Shown here: piece after piece, positions 47,951 to 59,291 of the stretch
Layout of the letters: each line of letters opens with the position of its first letter
Position numbering within the stretch: the first letter of the stretch is position 1
From: Phyllobates terribilis
Lineage: Eukaryota
Assembly (NCBI RefSeq): GCF_046119375.1
Contig: NW_027362761.1
Span: forward strand, 89,218,001 to 89,282,000
Length of the DNA: 64,000 nucleotides
Direction: 5' to 3'
Notes under the pieces: generated by a model
The model's database searches: none
What the model was told of the DNA's origin: nothing
What the model saw: only the letters and a program-made list of their open reading frames with translations
Program-made: the position numbers and the translations under genes

Positions 47951-50900
47951 CCCTCCTCTTTTCAAAGGGGTATTGGGTTGCGTCCAAATTTTTGGCAGCC
48001 GCTCGCATGAGGTTATGAAAAGCTTTCTCCTCCACGAGCCTAAAAGGCCATATTTCAAGTGAAAGCAGCATTAGAGGACTTCCTGTGAGAAATGACTGCT
48101 GGGTAGAAATGGTTTCCCAAGTCCTTTCACCAAGCTAAAGAATATGGCTGTGGTTAAATACAACTCAGCAAAAAAAGCTGTGGACTGGCTCTGTACCGTA
48201 CCTGGCCACATTCACCTGTCCACGTGTTTGTGGTTAGGCGGTCCTTCCCAGTAAGTGCACTGGGGAGGGCACAGGTAATGTTGTGGGACCCGTGCTTGTT
48301 GAAGGCGGAGACGACACCGGAAGAAACAGTGGCGGCGGGGGACCGAGTATGGACACCCGGCCACCGCCGGCATGAGGTTATGAAAAGCTTCCGCCTCCAC
48401 AAGCCTAAAAGGCCACATTTCAAGTGCAAGCAGCTGTAAAAAAATTGGCAGTATAGTATTTCAGCCTGTGGGTGGGTGGCTGGCTGCATACTTGCACTTG
48501 CATTCCAAGGAATCGGGTAGGGACAACTAAACGCTGCACTGGGACAAGGACATGGACGGTGATTATTGCAAGTCTGCAATGACAGGTGCATGGCGGGAGG
48601 CATCTTCGCATGCGTCAAGGATCACTTACGATGGGCACACTTTTAGGCAGTGACCTGGGAGTCAGAAATGCTTCCAGAGGTCTTCCCCATGCTGTTCCCA
48701 TGTCTTTTCAGCACTGTATGCATGTGTCTGATGATGTGTCACACAGCACATGGCCAGATAAGGTTGTAAAATGTTAAAATGACATTTCCTGGTGAATGCT
48801 TTTGTCATGGTTGAAAGCAATGCAAAAGTAAAAAAATGCATGAAAAAATGCTACGTGTGAACATAGCCCAAGGTGTGGAGGAGTATTTTTGGTTTTGGTT
48901 ATTTATTTTGCCTTATATACAAGTCATTACCCTGGTAAGGATGTTCCTTAATGTATTTCCCAGGAAAATCCATTCTGGATTGTTTTTGTATGTTTTATTG
49001 TGAGTCCATAAAAGTGGCGTAATACTCTGACAACGTTGTTGACAGCAGTGACCTGGGAGTCAGAAATGCTTGCAGGGTCTTCCCCATGCTGTTCCCATGT
49101 CATTTGAGCACTGTTCCCATCGATTTGGGCAATCTTTAGGCCCTCTGCAGACCGCCAGGGACGGCCGCCTGAAAAATGCTCGAGTTTCCCATAGACTTAC
49201 ATTGGGCTCGTTGCTGAGGTCGAGTACCCGAGTATTCCAATTTGCTCAACCCGAGCAACGAGTACCCGAGCAATTTATTGCTCGCTCATCACTAATTCAT
49301 TACAATTAATGAGAAATGAGCAGAGGAACAATCTATATAACCATATAAAGTACAAAAAAAGAAAACACTATAAATATATATTGTGTCATTGATGCTGCAT
49401 ATAATTTAATGAAAAAACATGCCACCCTTCCTATAGTTTATACCTTTAGGTTGCTTTGTATCCAATTTGATTAGCCAAAATAATTTATTCAAAAAAAATT
49501 TTTTTTACTGCCATCTACCTCATCTTTTTGGGGATTTAACCCTATCATAACAAAAAAAAAAAAAAACAATTAGTGTTTCCATTATGTTTATAAAATCTGT
49601 TTCACAGCAGCTAATAAATTATATTCTTCCTTGCAAGATTATAAAGATGTTCTGCAATTTTTTTTATTTTTGACTAGCACAACCCACGTATTTCACAATA
49701 CAAATATTACAATCAATGCAATATATTATGTGATGTGCACGCATTTAATAAAATAATTTCTATGAGAAAACATAAATGTTATTTATTTATTTATTTATTT
49801 TTGCAAATTGACACATATTGCCCATATTTCGTGAAAATTAAAAATTATCCTTCAATGAAAGCCAAATAGTATTTTTATACAATTTTTATACATACTTTGA
49901 GACAATGTGTTGCCTAAAGAGCAACCTCTTCTTGCACATGTCTGCATCCATTCTCTAGAATTTTATTAAAGATGTCATCTTGATATAAAACTGAAACTTA
50001 TCTGGAGATTATAATTCTGACCTTATTAAATTGAAGGCTATATGGGTTACTGAATCTTAAAAGATTAATTATTAGTTGAAAAGGAGGTTCTGTTTATATC
50101 CTTTTCGGTTTTTCTTTCCATTGATAATGCACTTTCTCTAGTTATACTTAGCATTTTTTAATATGATTTATCAATTACGGTATATAGTGTTTGTATCCTC
50201 TCATTTTTAGTCTATCCTTGATGATTAAATTTTCATCAAAAAAGTTTTTTTCTTCAGAGCAAATACATTTTGCCCTGGTGAATTCCTTACAAGTCATAGA
50301 TTCAGTGCTCCGATGGGATCGTGAAATTCCCCTTCATTAGCTATCATGTCTCTTGGTGGGAAGAGTGTTTTATTTTTTCCCAATTTAATCCTTTCTGCTC
50401 AAGCATAATCTGGAATGGTCGTTAAGCGGATGATATTTTTATCTTTTGGTTTAGCAACACCATGATCATCCTAGATTTTGTTCAATACATAAACCACAAT
50501 AATGTTAATGTAAGATTTACATTCACATGTTCTAAAATTAAAATGAAATTTTTTTACTTTCTGCTGACTGGTAATCCTGTATCTACATTAATAAGATCCA
50601 ATGCTCTATTTTTCTGAAACCTATCTGTGGCAACACCACATTTTCTGCTGACAGTTGTAATACCATGAACACTATCACATCTATCTCTTATGGAGAATTC
50701 AAAGTCAAACACAACCAAAAAAATTACTATAATTTACACTTGAAAGTAAGAAATTATAGTTCACATGTATGTCAGCCCAAGAGATAAGCATAATTTATCA
50801 AGAGGCATGTGCATTGGTCAAGTGTCATTATGTCATATTGTTGCTTTGGTAATTTAACCCCAAATTATAGTTGAATAGTGCATATTTGTTAATTTTTTTG

Positions 50901-51140
50901 ATGTAAAACAACTTTAAGAAAGAAAAACAGAATGATAATAAATTTATATAACTACAGAGCTGGAACACAGAAAAAGATTGCTAACTTACCTGAAACAGAT
51001 ACAGTCAAGAGGAGGGGAAAGTATGACTTTAATTTAATTTGGTCTGGCATGGTATCAATTATGCATTTTAAGTTCAGGGCATGTGAGTACATTCCGTCGT
51101 TTTCTCCTGTTGTTTTGCAGTCATATGACCTCACTTGACC

Positions 51141-51410
51141 TTTTTAATTTATTTTATTTGTAATTATTTTTAATTACGCTACCAGCTAAAGCCATTTACA
51201 TTCACTATCAACACTGTCCACACTGTGACTCACAGTCTAAAATCCCATGTCAGTATGTCTTTGGTTGCGGGAGGAAAGCAGAGTAACTGCCAGACACTCA
51301 CACAAACACGGGGAGAACATACGAACTCCTTGCAGATGTTGTCCTTGGTGGGATTTGAACCCAGGACCCAAGCACTGCAAAGAAACAGCACTAAACACTC
51401 AGTCGCCGTG
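51141..51410 (-). mobile_element. tRNA-derived SINE (V-SINE type)
   Basis: Minus strand: degenerate box A, box B ggttcaaatcc, caaggacaacatctgcaaggag, V-domain-like ctccccgtgtttg...tttcctcccg, A-rich tail; TSD-like ttgacctttt / tgatcctttt. Confidence 0.8.
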
Positions 51411-51769
51411 TGATCCTTTTGTGTGCTTATTCTAGCATATATGGTATCAGCCATGGCTCAGTGGCATCATGCGGTGTAAATTGATAAATAAGAAGTCAGA
51501 CTACCTCTGCTTGCTATGGTGTGGCGAAGAATAGTCTATTCATCACCCCAATATCACATGGTATTCTTATGATCAATAGGAGGGAAAACATCACTTCATT
51601 GCAAAGGAAAAAGGTCCTAAACCAAATTAGAATTATAATATCCATTCAACAAAAAGTGGAATTAAACTTATAAATTGAATGTTCCATATCTGATCATCCC
51701 CTTTAAAATTGATAAACTCTAGTCTAATGTGCCTTTCATGCACCTCATGCTAATATATATTTATTATAT

Positions 51770-52545
51770 TGTATATTATAGTATTTCAATGCCTCACCAT
51801 CAAAATGGAGGAATTACAATTAATTTTGTTGGAAAATAATTATGACATAATGGGGATATCTGAGACATGGCTGGACGAGAGCCATAACTGGGCAGTTAAT
51901 TTACAGGGCTATAGTCTGTTCAGAAATGACCGTACAAACAAGCGAGGGGGGGTGTGTGTTTATATGTAAAATCATCCTTAAAACCCATCTTGCGTGAGAT
52001 ATATGTGAATCTAATGAAAATGTAGAGCCCCTGTGGGTCGAGATAAGGGGAGGGGGAAAAAATAATAAATTACTGATAGAGGTTTGTTATAAGTCTCCAA
52101 AAATAATGGAAGCAGCGGAGAATATCCTCATAAAGCAAATAGATGAAGCAGCGACTTAAAGAGAAGTCATTATTATTGGGGACATTAACTACCCTGAAAT
52201 ACATTGGGGAACAGAAACCTGTAGTTCAAGCAAAGGTAATAAGTTTCTGACAACTATGAGAGACAATTACCTTTCTCAACTGGTTCAGGACCCAACAAGA
52301 TACGAGTTGGGGGTCACTTGGGTAATAGTGATCACAAATAGTAAGTTTTCATGTATCCTTTAATAAGATGTGTAGTAGAGGGGTGACAAGGACACTAAAC
52401 TTCAGGAAGGCAAATTTCCAACAGTTGAGAGATGATCTTAGTGCAATAAACTGGGACGATATCCTGAGACATAAAACTACACAAAGCAAATGGGAGACAT
52501 TTATTAACATCCTGAATAGGACCTATGTACATTATATACTCTATG
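51770..52545 (+). pseudogene. CR1 LINE ORF2 endonuclease fragment (CR1-a)
   Basis: KMEELQ...YDIMGISETWLDESHNW...QGYSLFRNDR..KRGGV; GHLGNSDH; RTLNFRKANF; frameshifts and an internal deletion at ~52300. Confidence 0.88.
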
Positions 52546-53003
52546 GCCAGACAGAATAACTGAGGTGCAGGTCGGGGGGCACCTGGGAAATAGTGACCAC
52601 AACACTATACAATTCCACATGTGCTTCAGTAGGGTGTCCAACAAGGGAGTCACAAAAACACTGAACTTCAGGAGGGCAAAGTTTGATCTGCTAAGAGATG
52701 CCCTTAACCTTATAGACTGGGATAGTATCTTCAGTAATAGGAGCACGGATAGAAAATGGGAAATTTTCAAAACAGTCCTACATAGTCACTGTAGAAGGTA
52801 CATACCTTATGGGAATAAAAGGGCTAGGAATAGGAGGAAGCCAATGTGGCTAAATGAGGAAGTCAAGAGGGCAATGAAAAACAAAAAAAAGGGCTTTCGG
52901 TAAACTTAAACAAGAAGGCAGCGAGGAAGCGCTAATATCTTATAGGGAAAAAAACTAAATCTGTAAGAAACAAATAAGATAGCAAAAGAGGAGACAGAGA
53001 GAC
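52546..53003 (+). pseudogene. CR1 LINE ORF2 (CR1-b), part left of the hAT insertion
   Basis: VQVGGHLGNSDHN...KTLNFRRAKFD...RRKPMWLN...KEETER; continues at 61767. Confidence 0.9.
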
Positions 53004-55447
53004 TAGTGTTGAGCGAGCACTAAAATGCTCGGGTGCTCGAAGCTCGGGCCGAGATCACCGTGATACTCGGGTGCTCGACCCGAGCAACGAGCCCAATGTT
53101 AGTCTATGGGAGACTCGAGCATTTTTGCGGCGGCACCCCCGGCAGTCTTTTAAAAGCCTAACAAGTGCCCAAAACGATAGTGACAGTGCTCAAATGACAT
53201 GGGGACAGCATGGTTCAAAAACGAAAGTGAAACTTTTTTCCTGTGAAATATGTTAAAGAAGTTCCTTTTCAGGGAAAATAAATCACCCAAAAGAAAAATA
53301 CTCCTCCACACCTTCAGCTATGTTCACAAGTAGCATTTTTTATGCATTTTTGCACTTTTGTATTGCTTTCAACTATGACAAATACATTGACCGGGAAATG
53401 TCATTTTAACATTTTACAACCTTATCTGGCCATGTGCTGTGTGACACATGCATAAAGTGCTGAAAAGACATGGGAACAGCATGGGGAAGACCCCTGGAAG
53501 CATCTCTGACTCCCAGGTCACTGTCTAAAAGTGTGCCCATCATAAGTGATCCTTGCCGCATCAGAAGATGCAGACTTGCAACTATCCCCATGCAAGTTCT
53601 AGTCCCAGGGCAGTGTTCAATTGTACCTCCCCCATTCCTTGCAACGCAAGGGCAAGTATGCAGCCTGCCACCCACCCACCCCCAGGCTGCAATACCATAC
53701 TGCTTGCTTGCTTGAACTTGAAATTGGGCCTTTTAGGCATGTGGAGGCGGAATCTGGCCACCACGTCATGGCTGTGTTGGCGGCCTGGTATCCATACTCA
53801 GTCCCCAGCCGCCCGGCGGCTGGGTGTCCTTACTCGGTCCCCAGCCGACCCGCGGCCGGTGTCCACACTCGGTCCCCAGCCGCCTGGGGGCAGCCGGGTG
53901 TCCATAAACGGTCCCCAGCCGCCCCTATTTCTCCTTGGAACATCCCCCCACACACTTTTCTTAGCCCAGCCTGCTTTAGGCAGCATTGGACGAGCCCACC
54001 AGAGAACCAGACTCCTCCAGTGGGCCCTGATTTCTCCATCGGTGGAGTTGAGAGTGCCAAGGTGAGGAGCATGATGATGATGACAGAAGTTAGCATCTGC
54101 TATGTTTTCTTTTAATGCAAGTGTAAGTGTGCAGCCTGCCACCCACCCACCCCCAGATTGCAATTCCATACTGCTAGCTTGCACTTGAAATGGGGTCTTT
54201 TAGTTTGGAGAAGGCCGAAGCTGGCCACTACCTCATGGCTGCGTCGGCAGCGAGGTATCCATACTCAGTCCCCAGCCGCCCCTATTTGTCCTGGTGTGCC
54301 TTATACATAAGATTAAGCGCGTATACCAAAACATTACATGTGCCCTACCCAGTGCATTTAGTGGGATGGAGAGCATATTCGGCTGTAGTGTGTGCATGCC
54401 AAACCCCTGTTCATGGTACATGCGAAGATGCCTCCCACCTTGCACCTGTCGTTGCAGACTTGCAACTATCCCCATTCAAGTCCTTGTCCCAGGGCAGTGT
54501 TCAATTGTACCTCTCCCATTCCTTGCAATGCAAGCGCAAGTATGCAGCCTGCCACCCACCCACCCCCAGGCTGCAATACCATACTGCTTGCTTGCTTGCA
54601 CTTTAAATTGGGCCTTTTAGGCATGTGGAGGCAGAATCTGGCCACCACGCCATGGCTGTGTCGGCGGCCTGGTATCCATACTCAGTCCCCAGCCGCCTGG
54701 TGGCCGGGTGTCCCCGCTTGCTCCCCAGCCTCCAGGGGGTGGCCGGGTGTCCATACTCGGTCCCCAGCCACCCCTATTTGTCCCGGTAACCTTTCCCACA
54801 CTTTTCTTAGCCTGGCCTGCTTTAGGGCAGCATTGGCCGAGCCCAACGGACTATCAGATTCCTCCGGTGGGCCCTGGCTTCTCCATCAGGGGAGTTGAGA
54901 GTGCCAAGGTGAGGAGCATGATGAGGATGATAGAAGTTAGCATCTGCTTTGTTTTGTTGTAATGCAAGCGCATGTATGTAGTAGCGTCTAGGCCTGAGGT
55001 GGTCAGCGTTTTGGCGCATATCCTACCTCCTCCGAGGATTGCTGGATGTTTTCCTGCTACTATCCAAGTTCTATGACTCCCGTTAAAACAAAGCTTCAGG
55101 TGATAAATGATGGATGAGGTAGTGGCAAAGGAGAAAGAGCAGTAGGAACAGGGACCATTCACATCAATATCAGGCCAGTCAACCAGATATGTCTTGTAGG
55201 ATATGTTTCTGTAACAAAAGGAGCGGTTCGGCTACACAGTTATAGGGCATACAGTGAGTGCAATGCCTACCAATAATTTCGAGGCACTCCAATGCCCCTT
55301 GGAAATGACATGGAGGTCAGAGGGCGTTAACTAAACCTTTTTTTCCATTTATAGCAACTGGGTCTCCTGTGCACTAATGGCCTAAGCAGTGAATGGAAGG
55401 CTTTCCAAAAATTATGAGGAACTGCAATGCCCCTTACAAGAGCCATG

Positions 55448-56473
55448 TGTGGCACCCCAGTGGTCTGTTCACCACAGTAATAGAGATATTATGTCGGAGA
55501 GCAAGTGGGAGGTTTCTTGGTCAGGATCCCTTAAACATGCAACATCCTCCTGCCCCAGTCCTGGGAGGGGAGAATTCTGCCCTTATAAACTGGATCTGGG
55601 GCGGGGTTGAGTGAGTCAGAGAACAGAGAACAGTCAGAGTCAGAGTGAGAGCAAGGGAAAGTAACAGCAAGGAGCTCTGTAGGAGCTAGGAGCTAAAGAC
55701 CAGGGGCTGGAAGCTGAGCAGAGCTCGCCCTGGCTGAAGACAATAGGAACCGGACACAGGAGTCCAAGGCTGTTAGGACTTATATATCCAGCAGCAGAAA
55801 CCAGCCGGCAGGGGATTTCAGGTCCTCTGGCCATAGAAGCCCAGAGGGTCAGTCACAAGCAAGAGACCAGCACCGCCGTTGTGGAGTGGAGGCTAACAGA
55901 AGGCCCCAAGTCACCAGCCATACGGGTGAGCACTACACGGTACACTCAGGGACGTGGCTACTTCTACCCGCTTACAGCAAGGTAGCCAAGAAGAGTGCAG
56001 ACAGATGGGGAGACCTACAACTCCACCTGGCCAGGGGAACTCCTGCTTGCTCACAGACTGACCAGGCCTCTTATGCTAGCCAGTGCTCCCGGGAGGGTCT
56101 ACCTTATAATCATCAGTAAAGACCCTGAACTGCACTGCAAAGACTCTGAGTCGTTCCTGCTGCGCTCGTGCACCATCACCCCCATCATCCACACTCACTG
56201 CCCTGAGGCTATACTCCTCCCGTGGGGAGTTATCCCATTCTCTGCTGCGCACACAACACCAGCCTCAGCGGTCTGCCTCGCAGCGGTGGTACTCCCTATC
56301 CGCAATCCATGGGTGGCGCAGTCGGACAATTAACCTCAAAACCTAAGAAAGACTGCCACTGGTTTGACCAGCCTGAGCCACGGGACCGGGTAACCGCCAC
56401 GGAGACTACAGACCCCAGAGACCCGGCACCGGGTATCCCACACACGTGTACACACGGCCCAGGGGGCGCATCA
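55448..56473 (+). mobile_element. Solo Gypsy-type LTR, 1026 bp
   Basis: TGTGGCACCCC...GGGGCGCATCA; 4-bp TSD CATG (55444-55447, 56474-56477); TATA-like cttataaa ~55586; uninterrupted paralogous site agagccATGcagtac at ~56603-56617. Confidence 0.9.
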
Positions 56474-56870
56474 CATGCAGTACAGCATATTACAAACATA
56501 AGTCCCATTATTTGAGGAGTGGGTCTCCCATAGTATTTGCTTATGCTTTCCAAGCAAAAGCTGCCAAAAATTAGGACAGAGCAACTTGCAATGCCCCTTA
56601 CAAGAGCCATGCAGTACAGCATATTATAAACATAAGTCCCATTATTGGGGAGTGGGTGTCCCATTGTATTTGCTTATGCCTTGCAAGCAAAAGCTGCTAA
56701 AAATAAGGACGGAGGAACTTGCAATGCTGGCACCCTGGTGGTATAGTGGTGGTGGAGGCTGAGGATAAGGAGAAGAAGATAAAACAGCCGAAACGAGGAA
56801 GCGTATACCCATGTGTGGTTGTGAAGCGGTGTATATGAATACACCTCCCGAAATAACACAGTGGATTTGA

Positions 56871-59291
56871 CTATGTTACTCTGCTGTCATTTGGTGGTGA
56901 TGAGAAGTCTGGCCCAATCCAGCCCTTGTTCATTTTGATAAGGGTCAGCTTGTCAGCATTGTCAGTTGACAGGCGAGTGCGCTTATCAGTTATAATTCCC
57001 CCAGCGGCACTAAAAACACGCTCCGATAACACGCTAGCGGCAGGGCTGGACAGGACCTCCAAGGTGTACAGAGCGAGTTCATTCCAAGTGTCCAGCTTGG
57101 ATATCCAATAATTAAAAGGCACAGAGGAATCACGGATGATGCTGGTACGGTCGGCAAGGTACTCCCTCACCATCTTTTGAAAATTTCCACTCCTTGTGAG
57201 AGTACCCCGCACCTCAGGGCCTGTAAGCTGGGCGGGTGTCAGAAAACTGTCCCAGAACGTTGACAGTGTTCCCCTGCCTCTGCTGGATTGGAGTTGCATC
57301 TCTCTCGCCTGTATGCCTTGGTTGGGCAACGAACTGTGACCTCTGCCGCTAGCGTGTTCAGATGGGAAATTTTTTAAGAGTTCTGCAGCAAGGGCCTTCT
57401 GGTACTGCCCCATTTTTGTAGACCTCTCCACCTCAGGAATAAGAGAGTGAAAGTTCTCCTTGTAGCGGGGGTCTACAAGTGTCACCAACCAGTAATGACT
57501 GTCACCCAACATTTTGACAACGCAAGGGTCACGGTTAAGGCAGCGTAACATAAAGTCAGCCATGCATGCCAGACTGGTAACGGGCAAGATTTCTGTGTCC
57601 TCACCAAGATGACGACTGACCATGCTCTCCTCCTCCTCTTCCTCCTCTCCCCTGTCCTCAGGACACCCACGCTGAACCGACGATATGACACTTGTACAGG
57701 TACTACCGTCTACAACGCATGATAGCAGCTCCTGTTCTTCCTTCTCCTCCTCCTCTCCCTCATTGTCCCCCAATGCACGTTGGGATGAGATGAGGCTGGG
57801 CTGTGTGTAATCGCCCGCTACGGCTTCTTGATCCATCTCATCATACTCTGGCTGCAATGACTCCTCTTTAATTCTCTGCAGAGAGCGTTGCAAAAGACAG
57901 ACAAGTGGGATGCTGACACTAATGATGGCGTCATCGCCACTCACCATCTTGGTGGCCTCCTCAAAGTTTGTCAGGATGGTACATATGTCAGACATCCAGG
58001 TCCACTCCTGAGGTCTTATGTGTGGAGTCTGACCTGAATATCGACGGCCTAGTTGCAGCTGGTACTCCACAACTGCTCTCTTCTGCTCACAAATCCTTTG
58101 CAACATGTGGAGGGTAGAGTTCCAACGTGTGGGGACATCACACACCAGTCGGTGTGCCGGAAGCTGCAAACGCTGCTGCAACACAGCAAGGTCGGCGGAA
58201 GCTGTAGCCGACTTGCAAAAATGAGCTGACAGGCGGCGTACTTTCACGAGCAGATCTGGCAACTCGGGGTACGATTTAAGAAACCGCTGAACCACGAGGT
58301 TAAGCACATGAGCAAGGCATGGTACGTGTGTGATCTCACCTCGCCTCAGAGCCGCCACCTGGTTACGGCCATTGTCACACACGACCATGCCGGGATGTAG
58401 GTTCAGCGGTATCAGCCACAGATCTGCCTGCTCTTTCACAGCTGTCCACAACTCACAAGCAGTGTGAAGTTTATCACCTAAGCTTATGAGTTTCAGCACA
58501 GCCTGTTGCCGCTTGGCGGAGGCAGTACTGCAATGCTTCCAGCTTGTAACTGATGTGGTGATATCTGAGATGGCGGCTGAACATGAGGAGGAGGAGGAGG
58601 AGGAGGATGCGCAGGAGCTGTACACTGTGGGGGCAACTCTGACTGACATAGGGCCCACAATCCTCGGTGTGGGGAGGATGTGTTCCGTCCCAAGGTCCGA
58701 CTGGGTCCCGGCTTCCACTATGTTTACCCAGTGTGCCGTCAGAGAGATGTACCGTCCCTGGCCACAAGCACTTGTCCACGTGTCCATTGTCAGGTGGACT
58801 CTCCCAGTAACTGATTTGTTGAGGGCACGGCAGATGTTTTGGGACACGTGCTTGTGTAGTGCGGGGATGGCACACCGGGCAAAATAGTGTCGGCTGGGGA
58901 CCGAGTACCGAGAGACGGCCACCGCCATAAGATTGCGGAAGGATTCCGTCTCCACCAGCCTAAAAAGCAGCATTTCCAATGCAAGCAGTCGTGAAATGTG
59001 CGAATTTAGGACTGTGGCCTGTGGGGCGTTAGCTGCGAATTTCCGCTTTCGTTCAAAGGTCTGGGATATGGACAATTGAACACTGCGGTGGGACGTGGAC
59101 GTGGACGTTGATGCTGTTTCTTGAGAAACTGCCATAACAAGTGAAGACTGAGAGGAGGGGGCATCTTTACATGCAGTATGGACAGGGGATTGCCTTGCGC
59201 ACACAACAGGGGGTTCTTTGCATGCACAACAGTGGAAGAAGCAGTGGTGACACCCGCTGACACTGGTCGTGGACCCTGGGTTTCGCCCCAC
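56871..59291 (-). CDS. hAT transposase catalytic portion, 806-aa open frame
   Basis: Hermes-like motifs all present: LTMDTWTS (D), VVCDNG (D), CLAH (CxxH), PTRWNST, SVLSERVFSAAG (E) and the C-terminal dimerisation region. Confidence 0.9.
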   Translation of the reverse strand: MGRNPGSTTSVSGCHHCFFHCCACKEPPVVCARQSPVHTACKDAPSSQSSLVMAVSQETASTSTSTSHRSVQLSISQTFERKRKFAANAPQATVLNSHISRLLALEMLLFRLVETESFRNLMAVAVSRYSVPSRHYFARCAIPALHKHVSQNICRALNKSVTGRVHLTMDTWTSACGQGRYISLTAHWVNIVEAGTQSDLGTEHILPTPRIVGPMSVRVAPTVYSSCASSSSSSSSCSAAISDITTSVTSWKHCSTASAKRQQAVLKLISLGDKLHTACELWTAVKEQADLWLIPLNLHPGMVVCDNGRNQVAALRRGEITHVPCLAHVLNLVVQRFLKSYPELPDLLVKVRRLSAHFCKSATASADLAVLQQRLQLPAHRLVCDVPTRWNSTLHMLQRICEQKRAVVEYQLQLGRRYSGQTPHIRPQEWTWMSDICTILTNFEEATKMVSGDDAIISVSIPLVCLLQRSLQRIKEESLQPEYDEMDQEAVAGDYTQPSLISSQRALGDNEGEEEEKEEQELLSCVVDGSTCTSVISSVQRGCPEDRGEEEEEEESMVSRHLGEDTEILPVTSLACMADFMLRCLNRDPCVVKMLGDSHYWLVTLVDPRYKENFHSLIPEVERSTKMGQYQKALAAELLKNFPSEHASGRGHSSLPNQGIQAREMQLQSSRGRGTLSTFWDSFLTPAQLTGPEVRGTLTRSGNFQKMVREYLADRTSIIRDSSVPFNYWISKLDTWNELALYTLEVLSSPAASVLSERVFSAAGGIITDKRTRLSTDNADKLTLIKMNKGWIGPDFSSPPNDSRVT

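Larger units (their letters stand above)
42480..49294 (+). mobile_element. hAT copy B, full length (6815 bp)
   Basis: TIRs TAGTGATGAGCGAGC / GCTCGCTCATCACTA; TSD atccatta / attcatta (7/8); CTCGG/CCGAG subterminal clusters. Confidence 0.93.

Noticed and set aside
50985-51140. Possible host exon on the minus strand (SYDCK...LTVSVSG followed by GTAAGT)
   Set aside because: Good donor but no convincing acceptor; a SINE tail abuts it with in-frame stops; no recognisable domain or partner exon. Spliced reads would be needed.
51340-51410. tRNA gene
   Set aside because: Box A/B-like motifs continue into a SINE body and A-rich tail; no cloverleaf.
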